Source: Squalus acanthias (taxonomy: Eukaryota). Taken from it: a DNA stretch of 64,000 bases. Position 1 is the first letter of the stretch; each line of letters begins with the position of its first letter. Position numbers and translations under genes: made by a program. Of this stretch, positions 36,157 to 50,253 are shown in pieces. The DNA lies in NCBI GenBank assembly GCA_030390025.1, contig CM059425.1, positions 178,438,001 to 178,502,000 on the forward strand, written 5' to 3'. The notes beneath the pieces are model-generated. The model had not been told where the DNA came from, ran no database searches, and was given only the letters and a program-made list of their open reading frames with translations.

Positions 36157-36584
36157 ATTAGAAACATAGAATCTAGGAGCAGGAGTAGGCCATTCGGCCC
36201 GTCGAGCCTGCTCCGCCATTCAATACGATCATGGCTGATCATCCAAATCCAGTACCCTGTCCCTGCTTTAATCCCCACAGTACACATATCCCACCCTACC
36301 CCCGTAACCCCACGTATTTAATTCCCCCTAACATATCCCATCCTATCCCCATAGCCCCACATATTTAATCCCCCCTAACACTAAGGGTCAATTTATCATA
36401 GCCAAATCAACCTAACCCACACATTTTTGGACTGTGGGAGGAAACCGGAGCACCCGGAGGAAACCCACGCAGACACGGGGAGAATGTGCAAACTCCACAC
36501 AGACAGTCACCCGAGGTCAGATTCGAACCCGGGTCTCTGGCGCTGTGAGGCACCAGTGCTAACCACTATGCCACCGTGTTGCCC
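36157..36584 (-). mobile_element. tRNA-derived V-SINE (HE1-like) with CR1-derived 3' tail
   Basis: Minus strand has a tRNA-like head (gggcaacacggtggcatagtggttagcact...ggttcgaatc), a V-domain (tgtgtggagtttgcacattctccccgtgtctgcgtgggtttcctccggg), and a 3' end shared with the CR1 at 62815-62930. It also has an internal ~47-bp tandem duplication. Confidence 0.85.
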
Positions 36585-37673
36585 AACCGATTGCTGTCCT
36601 ACCCAGAATGCATTGGACAAAGGAGCAGCGACGGCAAGCTCCCGATGGTGAAAGTAAAACGTAATGGGTTTCTTCACAATGTAACAGAGGGCTTTTGCTT
36701 ATATGTAAACTATCAAGTTCACTCCTTTAACCATTTAGTTCCCATTCACCAGTAATATGCCGACTGCTTCAAGAAACAGACAATCTCCCTTTTGTTCACC
36801 TACACTGGCAGATCAACAGAATTTAAAAAGAAAGCTATTCTTTAAAAATTCTAAATACATCTATACCAAAGGCTGCATTGTTCCAACCCATGAAATATGA
36901 TTTTTATAGAACTGTTCTTTCTCTATATATGGGCATAACAGTGCACTCACTGTTTAAACTCTTAACAGCTGTGCTGCCTTCAACCAAATGCTACAGAAAG
37001 TCACGCACTAACCAAACATTTCCCCAGCAACCACACTGCTACCAATGAACAGGAGCTCACACAAGCCAATTGAAACAAGTATCAGTGCTCACAGCCAGAA
37101 CAACAGAACCCCTTTAAAATAAAATCAAAATGCCAGAAATTAATAGCAGGTCAATCAGATTCTGAAAAGAGAAAGACAAATTAATGTCTCAAATATGCCC
37201 CTTCATAATGTTAACCCCTTTTTCTTTCGGATGCTTTTTTCAGCATTTTCTGTTTTTGAATTTCCAACTTCCAGCACATGCACTTTTACTCTCTTTGCTT
37301 TGAAAGGTGTCATTTCTTTTTTGATTGCATGGTATCACCATAATCCACAACAAATCTATTAATTTAACACATTGCAAACACTTTAGAAAGTATCGTTGCT
37401 GGTTGCGATTAAACCATGAAAACAGAAAACATATTAGCGAGCCATTCTATTTCACATAATAAGTTGCATAGTTAGTGGCTCCTGGCATGCATTGACTATT
37501 TAATGAAATATATACAATATTGAAAAAATCATCCAAAAAAAACTGCAGACAATATAAAATTCTTCTCAAGCACAGAAACTCGTTTCTTTTTTCTTTGGGA
37601 ATAATGCCAGAACAGGCCAATAAAAAGGGATGGTCATACTTTAAGTTAAGACCGAATAAAGGGGGCCACTAAC

Positions 37674-37829
37674 CTGACCATCGTCCTCAAAAACCACGGC
37701 CTATTGTCAATTGAAGGTACAGCTTCATCCAGGAGAGGATGCGTTTTAATGAAGTTGAGGGTATCATCTGGGAATCCGTTGGAGGTCCCATATCTTTCCA
37801 GTAATACTGAACCTGCACAACAGCCAGGC
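37674..37829 (-). CDS. SEMA6A: SEMA6A exon (156 nt, sema domain)
   Basis: cacag|[54 protein letters not shown]|gttagt. Confidence 0.97.
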
Positions 37830-38639
37830 CTGTGCAAGAGAACAAAGATGAGGATTGTTAAAGAGGGAAAAAGCAGCCAGAAGCACCAGCTTTGTAAAAT
37901 TGGTGCTTGGAAAACTTTGAGGATTATGGTGGCATTCTAAGATGAGGTGGTAAAGGAAGTTAAACAGTGCGTCTTGCCCATTAAACTATTCATGCGCTTC
38001 CTTTGGGTGCTTTAATTTTTCAATGGGACTTGAAGACTGCTTTCTTCTATAGCACTTGGAGCCCTCCCAACTGCTCAGCTAATCCACACTGGGGTGGCTG
38101 TGCTGTAAAAAACGTACAGCCCAGGGATTTTCTCATGAACAAACACAGATCTTCCATCCACTATGTACACCATGTTCTTTTTAAAATATTTATCCATGTC
38201 CCCATTTCTACTGTTAATTATTTATCAAATAAACTGGATTATTCCCATTGTGAATCATAATTGGTGTCCTATTTTATATATGAAGCTGAAAAGAGACTAA
38301 TTGTTGACAAATACGGAGGGACACTAGTGCACACTTAATGCAATTGTCTCAATCCTCTTCTCTGCTATTCAACAGGAGGCATTAACCTGTTTTAAGTTAA
38401 ATAGGTTAACACCTCTGCTAAAACAGCAGAGAGAGGAAATTCAGGCAAATGCACTGAGCATTTGCACATACGTTTTCCACAGCGTATTTTTACAGCCTAA
38501 TTACCACACAGCTGTATTTAAGGGTTGCTGTACTTCTGATATATTGGCTAATATACTTTATACAGTCAAAATGCTACTAAAACTATCAAAATTTTGGTCT
38601 GGCATGCTTAAAGGAAGTTATTTTCTGTTGTTAATTCAG

Positions 38640-38865
38640 TGGTGCCCTGGCCAATATTTATCCCTCAACCAGCATCACTAAAAAACAGATTATCTGGTCA
38701 TTTATCTCATTACTCTTTGTGGGATCTTGCTGTGCAAAAATTGGTTGCTGTGTCTCCTACATTACAACAGTAACTACACTTCAAAAGTACTTTATTGGCT
38801 GAAAAGCACTTTGGGACATCCTGAGGCCGTGAAAGGCACGATATAAATGCACATTCTTTCTTTTC
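38640..38865 (+). mobile_element. DeuSINE-like (SacSINE1/AmnSINE1-related) 3' fragment
   Basis: ggccaatatttatccctcaacc...ctacacttcaaaagtac...tataaatgc, shared with 48210-48630 and 60735-61190. Confidence 0.7.
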
Positions 38866-39555
38866 TTTATACTGTTACAAATGTAATGGTAGGGGTTACT
38901 TGGCGTCTGGTGGTAGCGCAGTGAACCTGGACTGAACCCTCGTTTTAGCTCCCATTCTCTCGTGTGCGCAGGTTCTACAATTTTCAGCTGTCAGCAGATA
39001 CAGTACTGCACAACAGCCAAAAACCTCATTTCAATCAAGAAGACAAATTGGAAGAGCTAAGTTCTGCCCCAAAGCAACACACTTCCCATCGATAGTCTAT
39101 GGGGCGGTATTATCAATGGTCATTGAGCCTACAGTCTGGTCTATCTCAGCTAAAAGGCAGCAATGTCAAGTGGAAGTAACAAAACATTTTATACACAATT
39201 TGAATTCATATTGTTTCAAGGCTCAAAGATCCAGTGAAATGTTATCTCCTTGCACGCTTGATTTTCTTTTATGCTGGAAAAACATGGAGAAAAAAAGTTG
39301 TTGAGCACATGCAGCAATGCGCTAATCAAGTGTCATTGAAATGAGTGCTTTGTGCTATCCAGGAATGTCCTCAAATTTAACTTTGAAAATCAAATCAATC
39401 TGGCCAATGTGGGCCAATCTTTAATGGAATAAACAGACTCAGGAGCAGCTGAGCTCTGCATTTAAACAGAGTCCGTGAAAGATTATGAAAGTAGATCATT
39501 TGTACTCTGATTAGTGCAGGAGTCGAATGGAAAAATAACCCAGGTAAAATTAACT

Positions 39556-39995
39556 ATCATAGAATCATAGAATGATACAGCGCAGGAGGCCATTCAGCCC
39601 ATCATGCCTGTGCCAGCTCTTTGAAAGAGCTATCCAATTAATCCTGCACCCCTACTCTTTCCCCCTAGCACATCAAAATTTTCCACTTCAAGTATTTATC
39701 CAATTCCCTTTTAAAAGTTATTATTGAATCTGCTTCCATCACCCTTTCAGGCAGTGTATTCCAGATCGTGACAACTCGCTGCATTTTTTTTTTTCCCCCT
39801 TAGTCTTTTATAAACATAAAGGATAGTCAAAGAATGGGTGGGCCGATTACGGGCCAAAAGGGGGATCTTCTAGAGGCAGAGGGAATGGCTGAGATACTAA
39901 ATGAGTAGTTTGCATCTGTCTTCAGTAAAGAAGAGAATGCTGCCAATGAAGCAGTAAAGGAGGAGGTAGTGGAGAATTTAGATAGGATAAAAAAT
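39556..39995. mobile_element. CR1 fragments (3' end on minus strand joined to an internal plus-strand piece)
   Basis: atcatagaatcatagaat tail and CR1 3' sequence at 39556-39790. 39800-39995 resembles CR1 ORF2 (tttgcatctgtcttca). Confidence 0.65.
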
Positions 39996-40359
39996 CTTTA
40001 AACCTTGGTTCAAGTGAAAAGCAGTGAATTAATCTGCCAACCCTTTCTTTAACTTTTGCGTGATAAGATGTTGTCCTTTGAACTATTTTAAAGTGAGGGT
40101 GGAGGCATGTTCATTCAAAAAGTGTATGTGTTGGGGGGGTGTGGTGGAAATTGTGAATATGTTGTTTACTGAATTAAGGACAAAATCTTGTATTCTTTCT
40201 TCAAATCAAATACTTACTCTCATCTCATCTATTCATTCTAGTGGAAAATGAGAAAACTTTCAGGGTCACTGCCAAGAGGCTTTTATACTGTTTGAACATT
40301 TCTGGCTGCTTCTTAAAGAATTTTCTTTGAAAATATTTTTTTAAAGACAGCCAGCATAC

Positions 40360-40491
40360 CTTGGCTTAGGAACTCGGTCTTCAGGGACTGGCGTCCATGT
40401 GGAATCAGAGGACTTCTGCTCTTTGAATCGACCAGTAAAAACAGTGGCAATGTCCTCCATATCATACGCGCAGACTGCTGAGCCAGGGATG
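40360..40491 (-). CDS. SEMA6A: SEMA6A exon (132 nt, sema domain)
   Basis: ttgcag|[46 protein letters not shown]|gtatgc. Confidence 0.97.
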
Positions 40492-41272
40492 CTGCAATGT
40501 GACATTTACCAGAAAAGCACTGTTCACGCAAGAGCCATGCAGCAAATCAATCCTTAACACATTCTCCAAAGTTGGCTTCCTGTTCCCGTACTAACAAGCT
40601 ACTCCATAATGAGCTCTCACACAGCTTGAGGGTTTTCTACCACCTCCCCGTCACCCCCGTAAACACAGCCCCATGCAGAGGACATTGGAGTACTGTAGTA
40701 GTACATATGCTGTGACGGCTATGCTTGTCCCCCAAACTTTTCCAGCCTTTTCGGCTTTTAATTTATCCTTGCTTCAGTCAGAAAACGATGGCCAATTAAG
40801 CAATAGAAAAAAATTAACAAGATAAACTACTGCTAGTTCTATGAACAAAACAGAACAAAGCAGCAATAATGAGACTAAACATTACAGATTCTAGTCACGC
40901 TTGGAAAGAGATGCTGTGCTTTTGTTCATTGTGGCAGTTAATGCAACCCAAGAAAAAGCCTCAGAGATATAACACTATCGACATATTCATAAATATCAGC
41001 CATTTTGTAGAGTGAAAATGCAAGTGCATGCATTTAAATTTTCATTTAAAACAACAAGTCCCTAAAAGGAAAGAAATTGCACATAATTATCATGTGTGTT
41101 CTGGAAATTTTATTATGGGACCCCAGTAAAATTACATTTGACCTACACTTAATAGCAGCCTTCAGCTTACAGAGTGTTCTGTGCTGATAGTTTAAACAAG
41201 TAATGTGATTTCAAGATATTCATTGTAATAGCTTTAGTCTTGCATCTCAAAGGCTCTCTACAAAACGTTTAC

Positions 41273-41490
41273 CTGTTGTAAGGGGTAGAAAACGTTGCTA
41301 GAATGACATCACGGCCGTTAATACGGACAACATCCGACACTGACTGCAGGATGTTGAAGTAAAAGTGTGAGTCCCCTGGTACGGAACAGTTGAGACGAGC
41401 CTTCACGAAGGATGTCCATTGCTTCTCCAATACTCTTTGAGAACCTCCCATGTCATTTTTACAGACTCGGGCAACTCTCGGGAAAAGCAC
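41273..41490 (-). CDS. SEMA6A: SEMA6A exon (218 nt, sema domain)
   Basis: tttcag|[49 protein letters not shown]...FSTPYN-AG|gtaaac. Confidence 0.98.
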
Positions 41491-43039
41491 CTGAAAAAAA
41501 TATAGGCAAGAATTTTGAAACTCCCTTCAGTTCTTAAGCAACCACTTTAGAACTTCACTACACAGCCCCCGCACTTAAAACTGAAGTCTATACAATAAAA
41601 GTATTATACAAATTGAATCAGGTCTCTAGTGGAATAGCGTATGAGTACATAAGTATGCTTAGCCAAAGAGTGCCTTTTATGAGTTCAGCCTCTGAGGACT
41701 CCTGCAAATTGAATTAACAATTTCTGTTAATGTTACCTGAAGGAGGTGCTAACTGGAAGTTAGTTACTATTACTGAGTTTTTAAAATTTAAGTTAACACA
41801 CATGCATGTGGGCTCCCCTCCCCTACCCTAATTCCAATCTGCTAGGTTGGAATGGGTTGGTTGCCTCCTTCACAGTTGGGAAATAAGAGAAACCACATAC
41901 ATTATGTAGAGAAAATGAGTCATTAAAAAGGACCGGTTTTTAAAATCAGGCAGGAAGTAATATACAACTTGAAATTAAGATCCCTGTTGTTATTACCGAG
42001 TGACTAATGGGCTGTGCCAGATTTGTAGCAAAGTCCAAACATTATTCAGGTTAGTCTTAAATGATAAATCCAGTTCCACCCCCACCCATAAGGTAATACT
42101 GTAATATCACAATGAAAATGGATTTAACTTTAGGTCGGTATTTTGTTCAAAGCGCAAAATGTGGATTTTGTGTCATTTTTCCATCATTCTGTTTGTTTTG
42201 AGTTACCACTCTGACCAATTATAAAGCTCACATGAGCAGTGCTGCAGACCATTCATTAACAGAGACACTGGAGATTATCTAATATTTTAATAGGGAAAGT
42301 CAGGGGGAGTGATACTGGGAAGGAAGAGGGAACACTTTTTATATTAAAAGTACGGCCGGCTTTTATAAAAGTAAACGACAAACTCATCTGAAGTTTGACC
42401 TTTTTTGTTGAAAATGTCATATTTTCCCACCAACCCTGGAGTGCCCTCTTCCCCCTCCGACTGCTCCAGTGACATCATTTAAAGGAAGCATCCTGGAATG
42501 GCTTGATTGCAAACAGCGAGGAGGGACAATTTCAAAATAGCCTGAAAGCTGCTATAGCCTGGAAAATGTAAGTTTCCAACCTGTAGTATGGTTTAGAGGG
42601 GTCAGGTGGCTCCAGAGCAGTTCTCAGGCCTCATGTAACAATGCTTCACGCTGTATATGATGGAGCCCCTCTGCAACATTTCCATAACTGATCCCACTGG
42701 GGTAGACTAGCAGTGAAGGAGAGACTCTACTTGAGGGAATACATGCTAGCTTGGAAAACCAGTGTTTTTTAAAAAAAAGTTAAATAAATTTCAAGTGAGT
42801 TTATCATTTTCTTCTACCAAAGGGAATGGGAAATATCTCTCCCAAACTTTCTTTCCTCCTTCAACCATTAAGCTAACCAGGAAAAAAAATATTTTAGCTG
42901 GCAAAAAGAAAAAAAAGTGATGAGTTGTCAATTGTGAAAAGTTAATTCCTGCTCATGTAGGGTGGGGGGGAGGAAAGTCTCACACAAAGTCCTTTTTTGT
43001 AAACATAAATTCCATCTAAAAATACCAGAAGCCATTTGT

Positions 43040-43163
43040 ATTTTTGTTTCCCTACATTACAACAGTGACTACACTTCAAAAGTACTTCATTGGCTGTAAA
43101 GCGCTTTGGGACATCCTGAGGTTGTGAAAGGCACTGTATGAAGGCAAGTTCTTTCTTTCTTTC
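43040..43163 (+). mobile_element. DeuSINE-like 3' tail fragment
   Basis: cctacattacaacagtgactacacttcaaaagtacttcattggctgtaaagcgctttggg...ttctttctttc. Confidence 0.7.
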
Positions 43164-43994
43164 ACCACAGTAAAAATCTTAGTGTGCATTTACTCTACTG
43201 GTGATTCAGTCTTAATGTAGAACAAGAACATAAGGTATCAGCTTTTTCCCTGTAGTGGCTTATTTTCTGCTCTTCCATAGTTTACATTCCCCTACCCTGG
43301 CAGGTTAACTTTGAAGTAAATGCTTCACATGGCATCTTATAACTTGTTCTTACAGGCCTTGGGTATATTTTATACTGAGTTGTACTGGAGAGCACAAAAA
43401 TCTTGTCTGGATGCTGGAATTAAATCCAGAATTCTTTCATTGGTGATTAAATGCCAATCTGATCTTGCCAACTCAGCCTTGTTTATGAAAATGTAACATA
43501 CAAACATACGAACAATGACAGACAGGTAAAGACCCTCGAGTCCATCCAGCTTGTCACACACAATACTCTCCACCCCACCCGAAACCATGTGATTGCTGGG
43601 AGAGGTGAAAAACCAGTTAAAAACCCCAGGCCAATTTGGGGAGAAAATCTGAGAAATTCCTCTCCGAACCAATTAGGCGATCAAAACTAGTCCAGGAGAT
43701 CACGCAGATCAACCCAGTGTCAACAACTCATTTGGATATCTCAGCTTTAATAGGTTTACTAAGAAGGAGGTAAAGATGGAGAAATCCCCACTGATGGGCC
43801 AGTGTCCCACCTGGTATGGTAATGAGTCATACAGACAAGGTTATATTTCTGGACTTCCTGGAGTAAGCTAATCTCCATCAGGTTAGTGGTTGGGGTATTG
43901 CTCCAGTTGAGGGTGTTGGTTCCAGTTCCCTGTGATATGCTACTTAGGTAAGGTATTGGTAACTGCTTATACCTATGGAATTGTAAAAAAAAAT

Positions 43995-46655
43995 GTGTTT
44001 ATGGGATGTGGGCGTCGCTGGCAAGGACAGCATTTATTGCCCATCCCTAATTGACCTTGAGAAGGTGGTGGTGAGCCGCCTTCTTGAACCGCTGCAGTCC
44101 GTGTGGTGAAGGTACTCCCACAGTGCTGTTAGGGAGGGAGTTCAAGGATTTTGACCCAGTGACGATGAAGGATCGGCGATATACTTCTAAGTCAGGATGG
44201 TGTGTGACTTGGAGGGGAACTTGGAGGTGGTGGTGTTCTCATGCGCCTGCTGCCCTTGTCCTTCTAGGTGGAAGAGGTTGTGGGTTTCGGAGGTGCTGCT
44301 GAAGAAGCCTTGGCGAGTTGCTGCAGTGCATCTTGTAGATGGTACACACTGCAGCCACGGTACGCTGGTGGTGGAGGGAGTGAATGTTTAAGGTGGTGGA
44401 TGGGGTGTCAATTAAGCGGGCTGTTTTGTCCTGGATAGTGTCGAGCTTCTTGAGTGTTGTTGGAGCTGCACTCATCCAGGCAAGTGGAGAGTATTCCATC
44501 ACACTCCTTACTTGTGCCTTATAGATGGTGGAAAGACTTTGGGGAGTCAGGAGGTGAGACACTCGCCACAGAATACCTAGCCTCTGACCTGCTCTTGTTG
44601 CCACAGTATTTATGTGGCTGGTCCAGTTACGTTTCTGGTCAATGGTGACCCCCAGGATGTTGATGGTGGGGGATTCGGCGATGGTAGTGCCGTTGAATGT
44701 CAAGGGGAGGTGGTTAGACTCTCAATTGTTGAAGATTGTCATTGCCTGGCACTTCTGTGGCGCGAATGTTACCTGCCACTTATCAGCCCAAGCCTGAACG
44801 TCATCCAGATCTTGTTGCATGCGGGCATGGACTGCTTCATTATCTGAGGAGTTGTGAATGGCGCTGAACACTGTGCAGTCATCAGCGAACATCCCCATTT
44901 CTGACCTTATGTTGGAGGGAAGGTCATTGGTGAAGCAGCTGAAAATGGCTGGGCCTAGGACACTGCCCTGAGGAACTCCTGCAGCTGCGATGATTGACCT
45001 TTAACCACCACAACCATCGTCCTTTGTGTTTGGTATGACTCCAGCCAGTGAAGCGTTTCCCCCCCGATTCCCATTGACTTCAGTTTTACTAGGGCTCCTT
45101 GATGCCACACTCGGTCAAATGCTGCCTTGATGTCAAGGGCAGTTGCTCTCACCTCACCTCTGGAATTCAGCTCCTTTGTCCAAGGCTGTAATGAGGTCGG
45201 GAGCCGAGTGGTTTTGCTTGAACCCAAACTGGGCATCAGTGAGCAGCTTATTAGTGAGTAAGTGCCGCTTGATAGCACAGTCGATGACACCTTCCATCAC
45301 TGCTGATGATTGAGAGTAGACTGATGGGGCGGTAATTGGCCGGGTTGGATTTGTTCTGCTTTTTGTGGACAGGACATACCTGGGCAATTTTTCCACATTG
45401 TCCGATAGATGCCAGTGTTGTAGCTGTACTGGAACAGCTTGGCTAGAGGCGCAGCTAGTTCTAGAGCACAAGTCTTCAGCACGATAGCCGGGATGTTGTC
45501 GGGGCCCATAGCCTTTGCTGTACCCAGTGCGCTCAGCCATTTCTTGATATCATGTGGAGTGAATTGAATTGGCTGAAGACTGGCTTCTGTGATGGTGGGA
45601 ACTTCAGGAGTAGGCTGATATGGATCATCCATTCGGCACTTCTGGCTGAAGATGGTTGCAAATGCTTCAGCCTTGTCTTTTGCACTTGTGCTGGGCTCCA
45701 CCATCATTGAGGATGGGGATATTCATGGAGCCTCCTCCTCCCGTTACTTGTTTAATGGTCCACCACCATTCACGACTGGATGTGGCAGGACTGCAGAGCT
45801 TTGAGCTGGTCCGTTGATTGTGGGATCGCTTAGCCCTGTCTATAGCATGCTGCTTCCGCTTTTTAGCATGCTTGTAGTCCTGTGTTGCAGCTTCCCCAGG
45901 TTGGCACCTCATTTTTAGGTACACCTGATGCTGCTCTGGCATGCTCTTCTACACTCCTATTGAATCAGGGTTGGTCCCCTGGCTTGATGGTAATGGTAGA
46001 GTGAGGGATATGCCAAGCCATGAGGTGACAGATTGTGGTGGAATACAATTCTGCTGCTGCCCCACAGCGCATCATGCATGCCCAGTTTTGAGCTGCTAGA
46101 TCTGTTCTGAATCTATCCCATTTAGCACGGTGGTAGTGCCACACAACACAATGGAGGGTGTCCTCAGTGTGAAGACAGGACCAATACTGTCATAGACAGA
46201 TGCATCTGCGACAGGTAGATTAGTGAGGACGAGGTCAAGTAGGTTTTTCCCTCGTGTTGGTTCTCTAACCACCTGTCGCAGGCCCAGACTGGCAGTTATG
46301 TCCTTCAGGACTCAGCCAGCTCGGTCAGTAGTGGTGCTACCGAGCCACTCTTGGTGATGGCCATTGAAGTTCCCCACCCAGAGTACATTCTGTGCCCTTG
46401 TTTCTTCCAAGTGGTGTTCAACATGGAGGAGTACTGATTCATCAGCTGAGGGAGGGCAGTAGGTGGTAATCAGCAGGAGGTTTCCTTGCCCATGCTTGAC
46501 CTGAAGCCATGGGGTCCAGAGTCAATGTTGAGGACTCCCAGGGCCACTCCTTCCCGACTGTATACCACTGTGCCGCCACCCCTGGTGGGTCTGTCCTACC
46601 CAGGGATGGTGATGGAGGAGTTTGGGACATTGGCTGAGATGTATGATTCTGTGAG
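43995..46655 (-). mobile_element. Degenerate non-LTR retrotransposon (CR1/jockey-group LINE), second copy
   Basis: Colinear with 10170-12563; LDIKAAFDRVWH, YKAQVRSVMEYSPLAW and KAMGPDNIP motifs; many frameshifts. Confidence 0.9.
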
Positions 46656-46666
46656 TATTATTGTGT

Positions 46667-46990
46667 TTTGTAGCAGTTTGTTACAACTGAGTGTCTTGCT
46701 AAGCCATTTCAGAGGGCAGTTAAGAGTCAACCACATTGCTGTAGGTCTGGAGTCACATATAGGCCAGACCAGGTAAGGACGGCAAATTTCCTTCCCTAAA
46801 GGACATTAGTGAACCAGATGGGTTTTTACAACAATCCAATAGTTTCATGGTTACCATTACTGACACTAACTTTTTATTCCAGATTTATTTAATTAACTGA
46901 ATTTAAATTCCCTATGGTGGGATTTGAACTCACGTCATTAATCCAGGCCTCTGGATTACTAGCCCAGTGGCATTACCACTACGCTACCGT
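46667..46990 (-). mobile_element. tRNA-derived SINE
   Basis: Minus strand begins cggtagcgtagtggtaatg...gagttcaaatcccacc (A/B-box-like). Confidence 0.6.
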
Positions 46991-48209
46991 TCCAGTGTCT
47001 TGCCCTAGAGTCAGGGCCTTCAAGAATGGAAGAAAATTGGGATAGGGTTGGGCAATCTTCTCCAATTTGGGTTTATACACAGTGCAGAATCAACATAGGG
47101 GGGCACCTTTTAAAACATTTTTTATTTTAAATATCATTGTTACAAATAATACTAATGTTCTATCCTAATGCAATACTGTACGAACTATTTCCCACCTACA
47201 CATTCCTAATTTTGTATGGGATATTTTCATACTATGGGTAGCACAGAGTTAATATATAACAAAATATACTAAGTAGATATAAGCATCAGACAGAGTGCAG
47301 TAAGCATGGTATTATCTTAACTTGTCTCTAATGAATTAGAAGTTCTTACTGCTATTTCTCAGGGCAAAAACAAATGATGTTTCAGTGTTGTGTAATGTCA
47401 TCCCATGCTTTAATGAGCGCAGAAGTTGTACTTCATCATCCTTTCATTTGCCCATTAATCATATTACAAATCTGTTCCTTTGAGTTTCATATTTACATAC
47501 AAGGAAAATAAGTCCTCAAGTTAATTCAATCCACTTTTTTTGTGAGCTGACAAAAAAAGAACAGTTTCAATAGAGGTAGGAACCTCCTTCCTCTTCATTA
47601 CGGAGGCCCATGAGGGCTGATGCTGCAACTCCTCAAGGCTGACATTTTAGTACAACCTTTTAAATCCCTTTGGAGCTCCATAAACAGTAATTGCCTAGTT
47701 TCAAATGTTGGAAACTCATTTCATGCCGATTGCTTCGCTTCAGTATGTGTCCTGCCCAACTCAAACCCTGCCCATCATGTAGGATTGACTTTGACAAATA
47801 AACACACTGAGAAACAAAAGCAATATCACATCCGCAGTCTCAGTGACCCTCTCTGCCTGGCGCTGGATTTTTGCTGTTATCATCACTTCCTAAATAAATA
47901 CACAAACTATTCCAATTTTTTGTTCTTGTACTTTGCCCTCTGCCCACCGTCAGTGTTCTTCCTGTTTATTCAGAAACTTTGTACATCTGTCAGCATATTT
48001 CATTACAATACTCTTCTGTGATAAGGTATTCTTGGGAATAAATGAGGCCTTCCCTCTCAGTTATTTGTGCACTGGTGTATAGCTATTAATTACTAGCCAG
48101 TGATGCTGCCTCACTGTACAAACCATCAATTGTTCTTTTGTCATCTTTGTGAATTAGTTAGAAGCTCCTTTTCAACAACAAGTATTTTAGTTAGTAAAAA
48201 TGCACTAAG

Positions 48210-48630
48210 CTTTGCTCAGTGGTAGCACTCTTGCCTCCTGAGTCAGAAGGTTGTGTGTTCAGGCCCGGTTCCAGAACTTGCAGCATTATAACCTAGGCCG
48301 ACACTTCAGCACAGTACTGAGAGAGTGCTGCATTGCTGAAAATGCCATCTTTCCAATAAGACATTAAATTGAGGCCCCGTCTGCCTGCTCAGATGGGTGT
48401 AAAATACTATTTGTAGAAGAGCAGGGGAGTTCTCCCAATGCCCTAGCCACCACTTAACCCTCAACCAGCACCACGAAAAACAGAGCAACTGGTCATTTAC
48501 CTCACTGCTGTTTGTGGGACCTTGCTGTGTGAAAATTGCCTGCTATATTTGCCTACAAATCAGTGACTACACTTCAAAAGTAATTGATTGGTTGTGAAGC
48601 ATTTTGGGATGCCCAGACAGCATGAAAGGC
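48210..48630 (+). mobile_element. DeuSINE-like (SacSINE1/AmnSINE1-related) near-full copy
   Basis: tRNA-like head gctcagtggtagcactct...gttca, body gaagagcaggggagttctcc, and a 3' block shared with the other copies. Confidence 0.75.
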
Positions 48631-48844
48631 AATGGGCCAGAAATTCGGCTCTTGTCGGGTGAGTACGCGCTGTGTAAACAATACAGTGTAAACAATACAG
48701 TTCTATGCAGCACGAGGAATGCCCCATTTTCTTTAAGGAATGCTTTAACAAGGTTCTTTTAAAGGATGAGCATGTAGCTTACTTGGGGATTGTACAAAGC
48801 ATCCCAACAAAGACAATATAAAGTGAATGCAAGATATTTAAAAT

Positions 48845-50253
48845 TGTTATGTCAGAGCTTCCTAGTGGGTAAGAACAATACCTTGTGTACTAAGTCCTGC
48901 AAATCTGTAGGTTACAGGTTTAATCGCCAGTCTGCTGAATGAGACAAGAACCAGGGTGCTACAATTGGCCTCAGCACACTTGGGTTGAAAAAGAACAAAA
49001 AAGTGATAGCCACAGTTTCTGCTCCTGATCATTATTAAGTGACTCCTACTGGATGTAAGGTGAGCTTGTGAAGGAATAGCCATATTCAGAAAAATACACC
49101 ATCCTATGAACAGATCTCTGACTTTATTAAAACATGACAGACTGGGTTTAAAAATCAAAAAGCCTCAACAACACAAAGCTGTAAACACCATACAGGCTTT
49201 TGAGGTAAGAATCAGTTGTTGACACTAAAACAATAGCCCCATTGAAGCAGCAGATTGGAGCTTCCAGAAAGTCTGAGCTTTCGGAAGAACACAATAAGAA
49301 TACCCAGTTAAATTGTTTTAAACCAACACTTCGGGAAACAGAAACACAGAACATTAAAGAAACATATGCCTTCATAAATATGACATCAAATGAAACAAGG
49401 AGACACGAAGTCTGTAATACAACCAATTGAAGTAGCTAGGAAGACAATCATGTACTCGGTTGAAGTGTTTTTAATTTACATGTTGTAAAAGATACAAACA
49501 GAAGACTTTGTAAATATGACATCAGTAGATGCACCAAGCAATCACATTGTGTTTGTGTTGAACTTGGAACAACTAGGAGACACGAAGTCTGCTTACAACC
49601 AGCTGAGGTGATTTAAGAATTGAATAGAAGACCTTCGTAAGAATGGCATCAAATAGATACATCTGTTATAACCGTTTTTTATGATAAGTTTTGAACACCT
49701 AAAGGTAGAGATACAAGTCTGCAAGCTAACAGCTGAACTGACAGTAAGAATAGAAAGAAGTCAACAGAAATATAACTAGAGATAATTAGCTTACATCAGC
49801 AGGAAACTTCAAAGGATATACCACTGCAAAAAGGGTATAAAATATAGAACTTTCAAATAGGAAGACAGAATTCGCTGGAAGGGGCAGAGCGATTCTCAGC
49901 TTCAGAGACAGGCTCTGAAAGCCTACAAATCTTTGAGTCTCGGGTAATCAAAGGTATTTGATTTTGGTGGATATCCTGGATTAAGAATAAGTAGAAATGT
50001 AAAAATGTAACGAAGTTAACATTTGAGAATAAGGATCTCTGATGATAAGAATTGTAAGCTATTTGTTTTTGGAACTGTTAAAGTTGCGATTGACTCACCA
50101 ACTGTTAACTGCATGTCGGTTCTTTAATAAATCTATATATTTTTAGAATTGTCTCACATAGTACTTCTGTATCAAACTCGCAAACTCAATCTCTGTACAC
50201 TCTTTGGTGAGGAGTTGCAGAATTCTGGGGGAGTTTTCCGGACCCTCATAATA
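48845..50253 (+). repeat. Possible LTR-like segment with three degenerate ~130-bp internal repeats
   Basis: TGTTATG...CATAATA ends. Repeats of tgacatca...ggagacacgaagtctg...caaccagctga at ~49378, ~49512 and ~49640. No TSD found. Confidence 0.35.

Noticed and set aside
36510..36584. tRNA gene
   Set aside because: The A/B boxes continue into a V-SINE body and LINE tail, so this is a SINE head. The same holds for 48210, 60735 and 46990.
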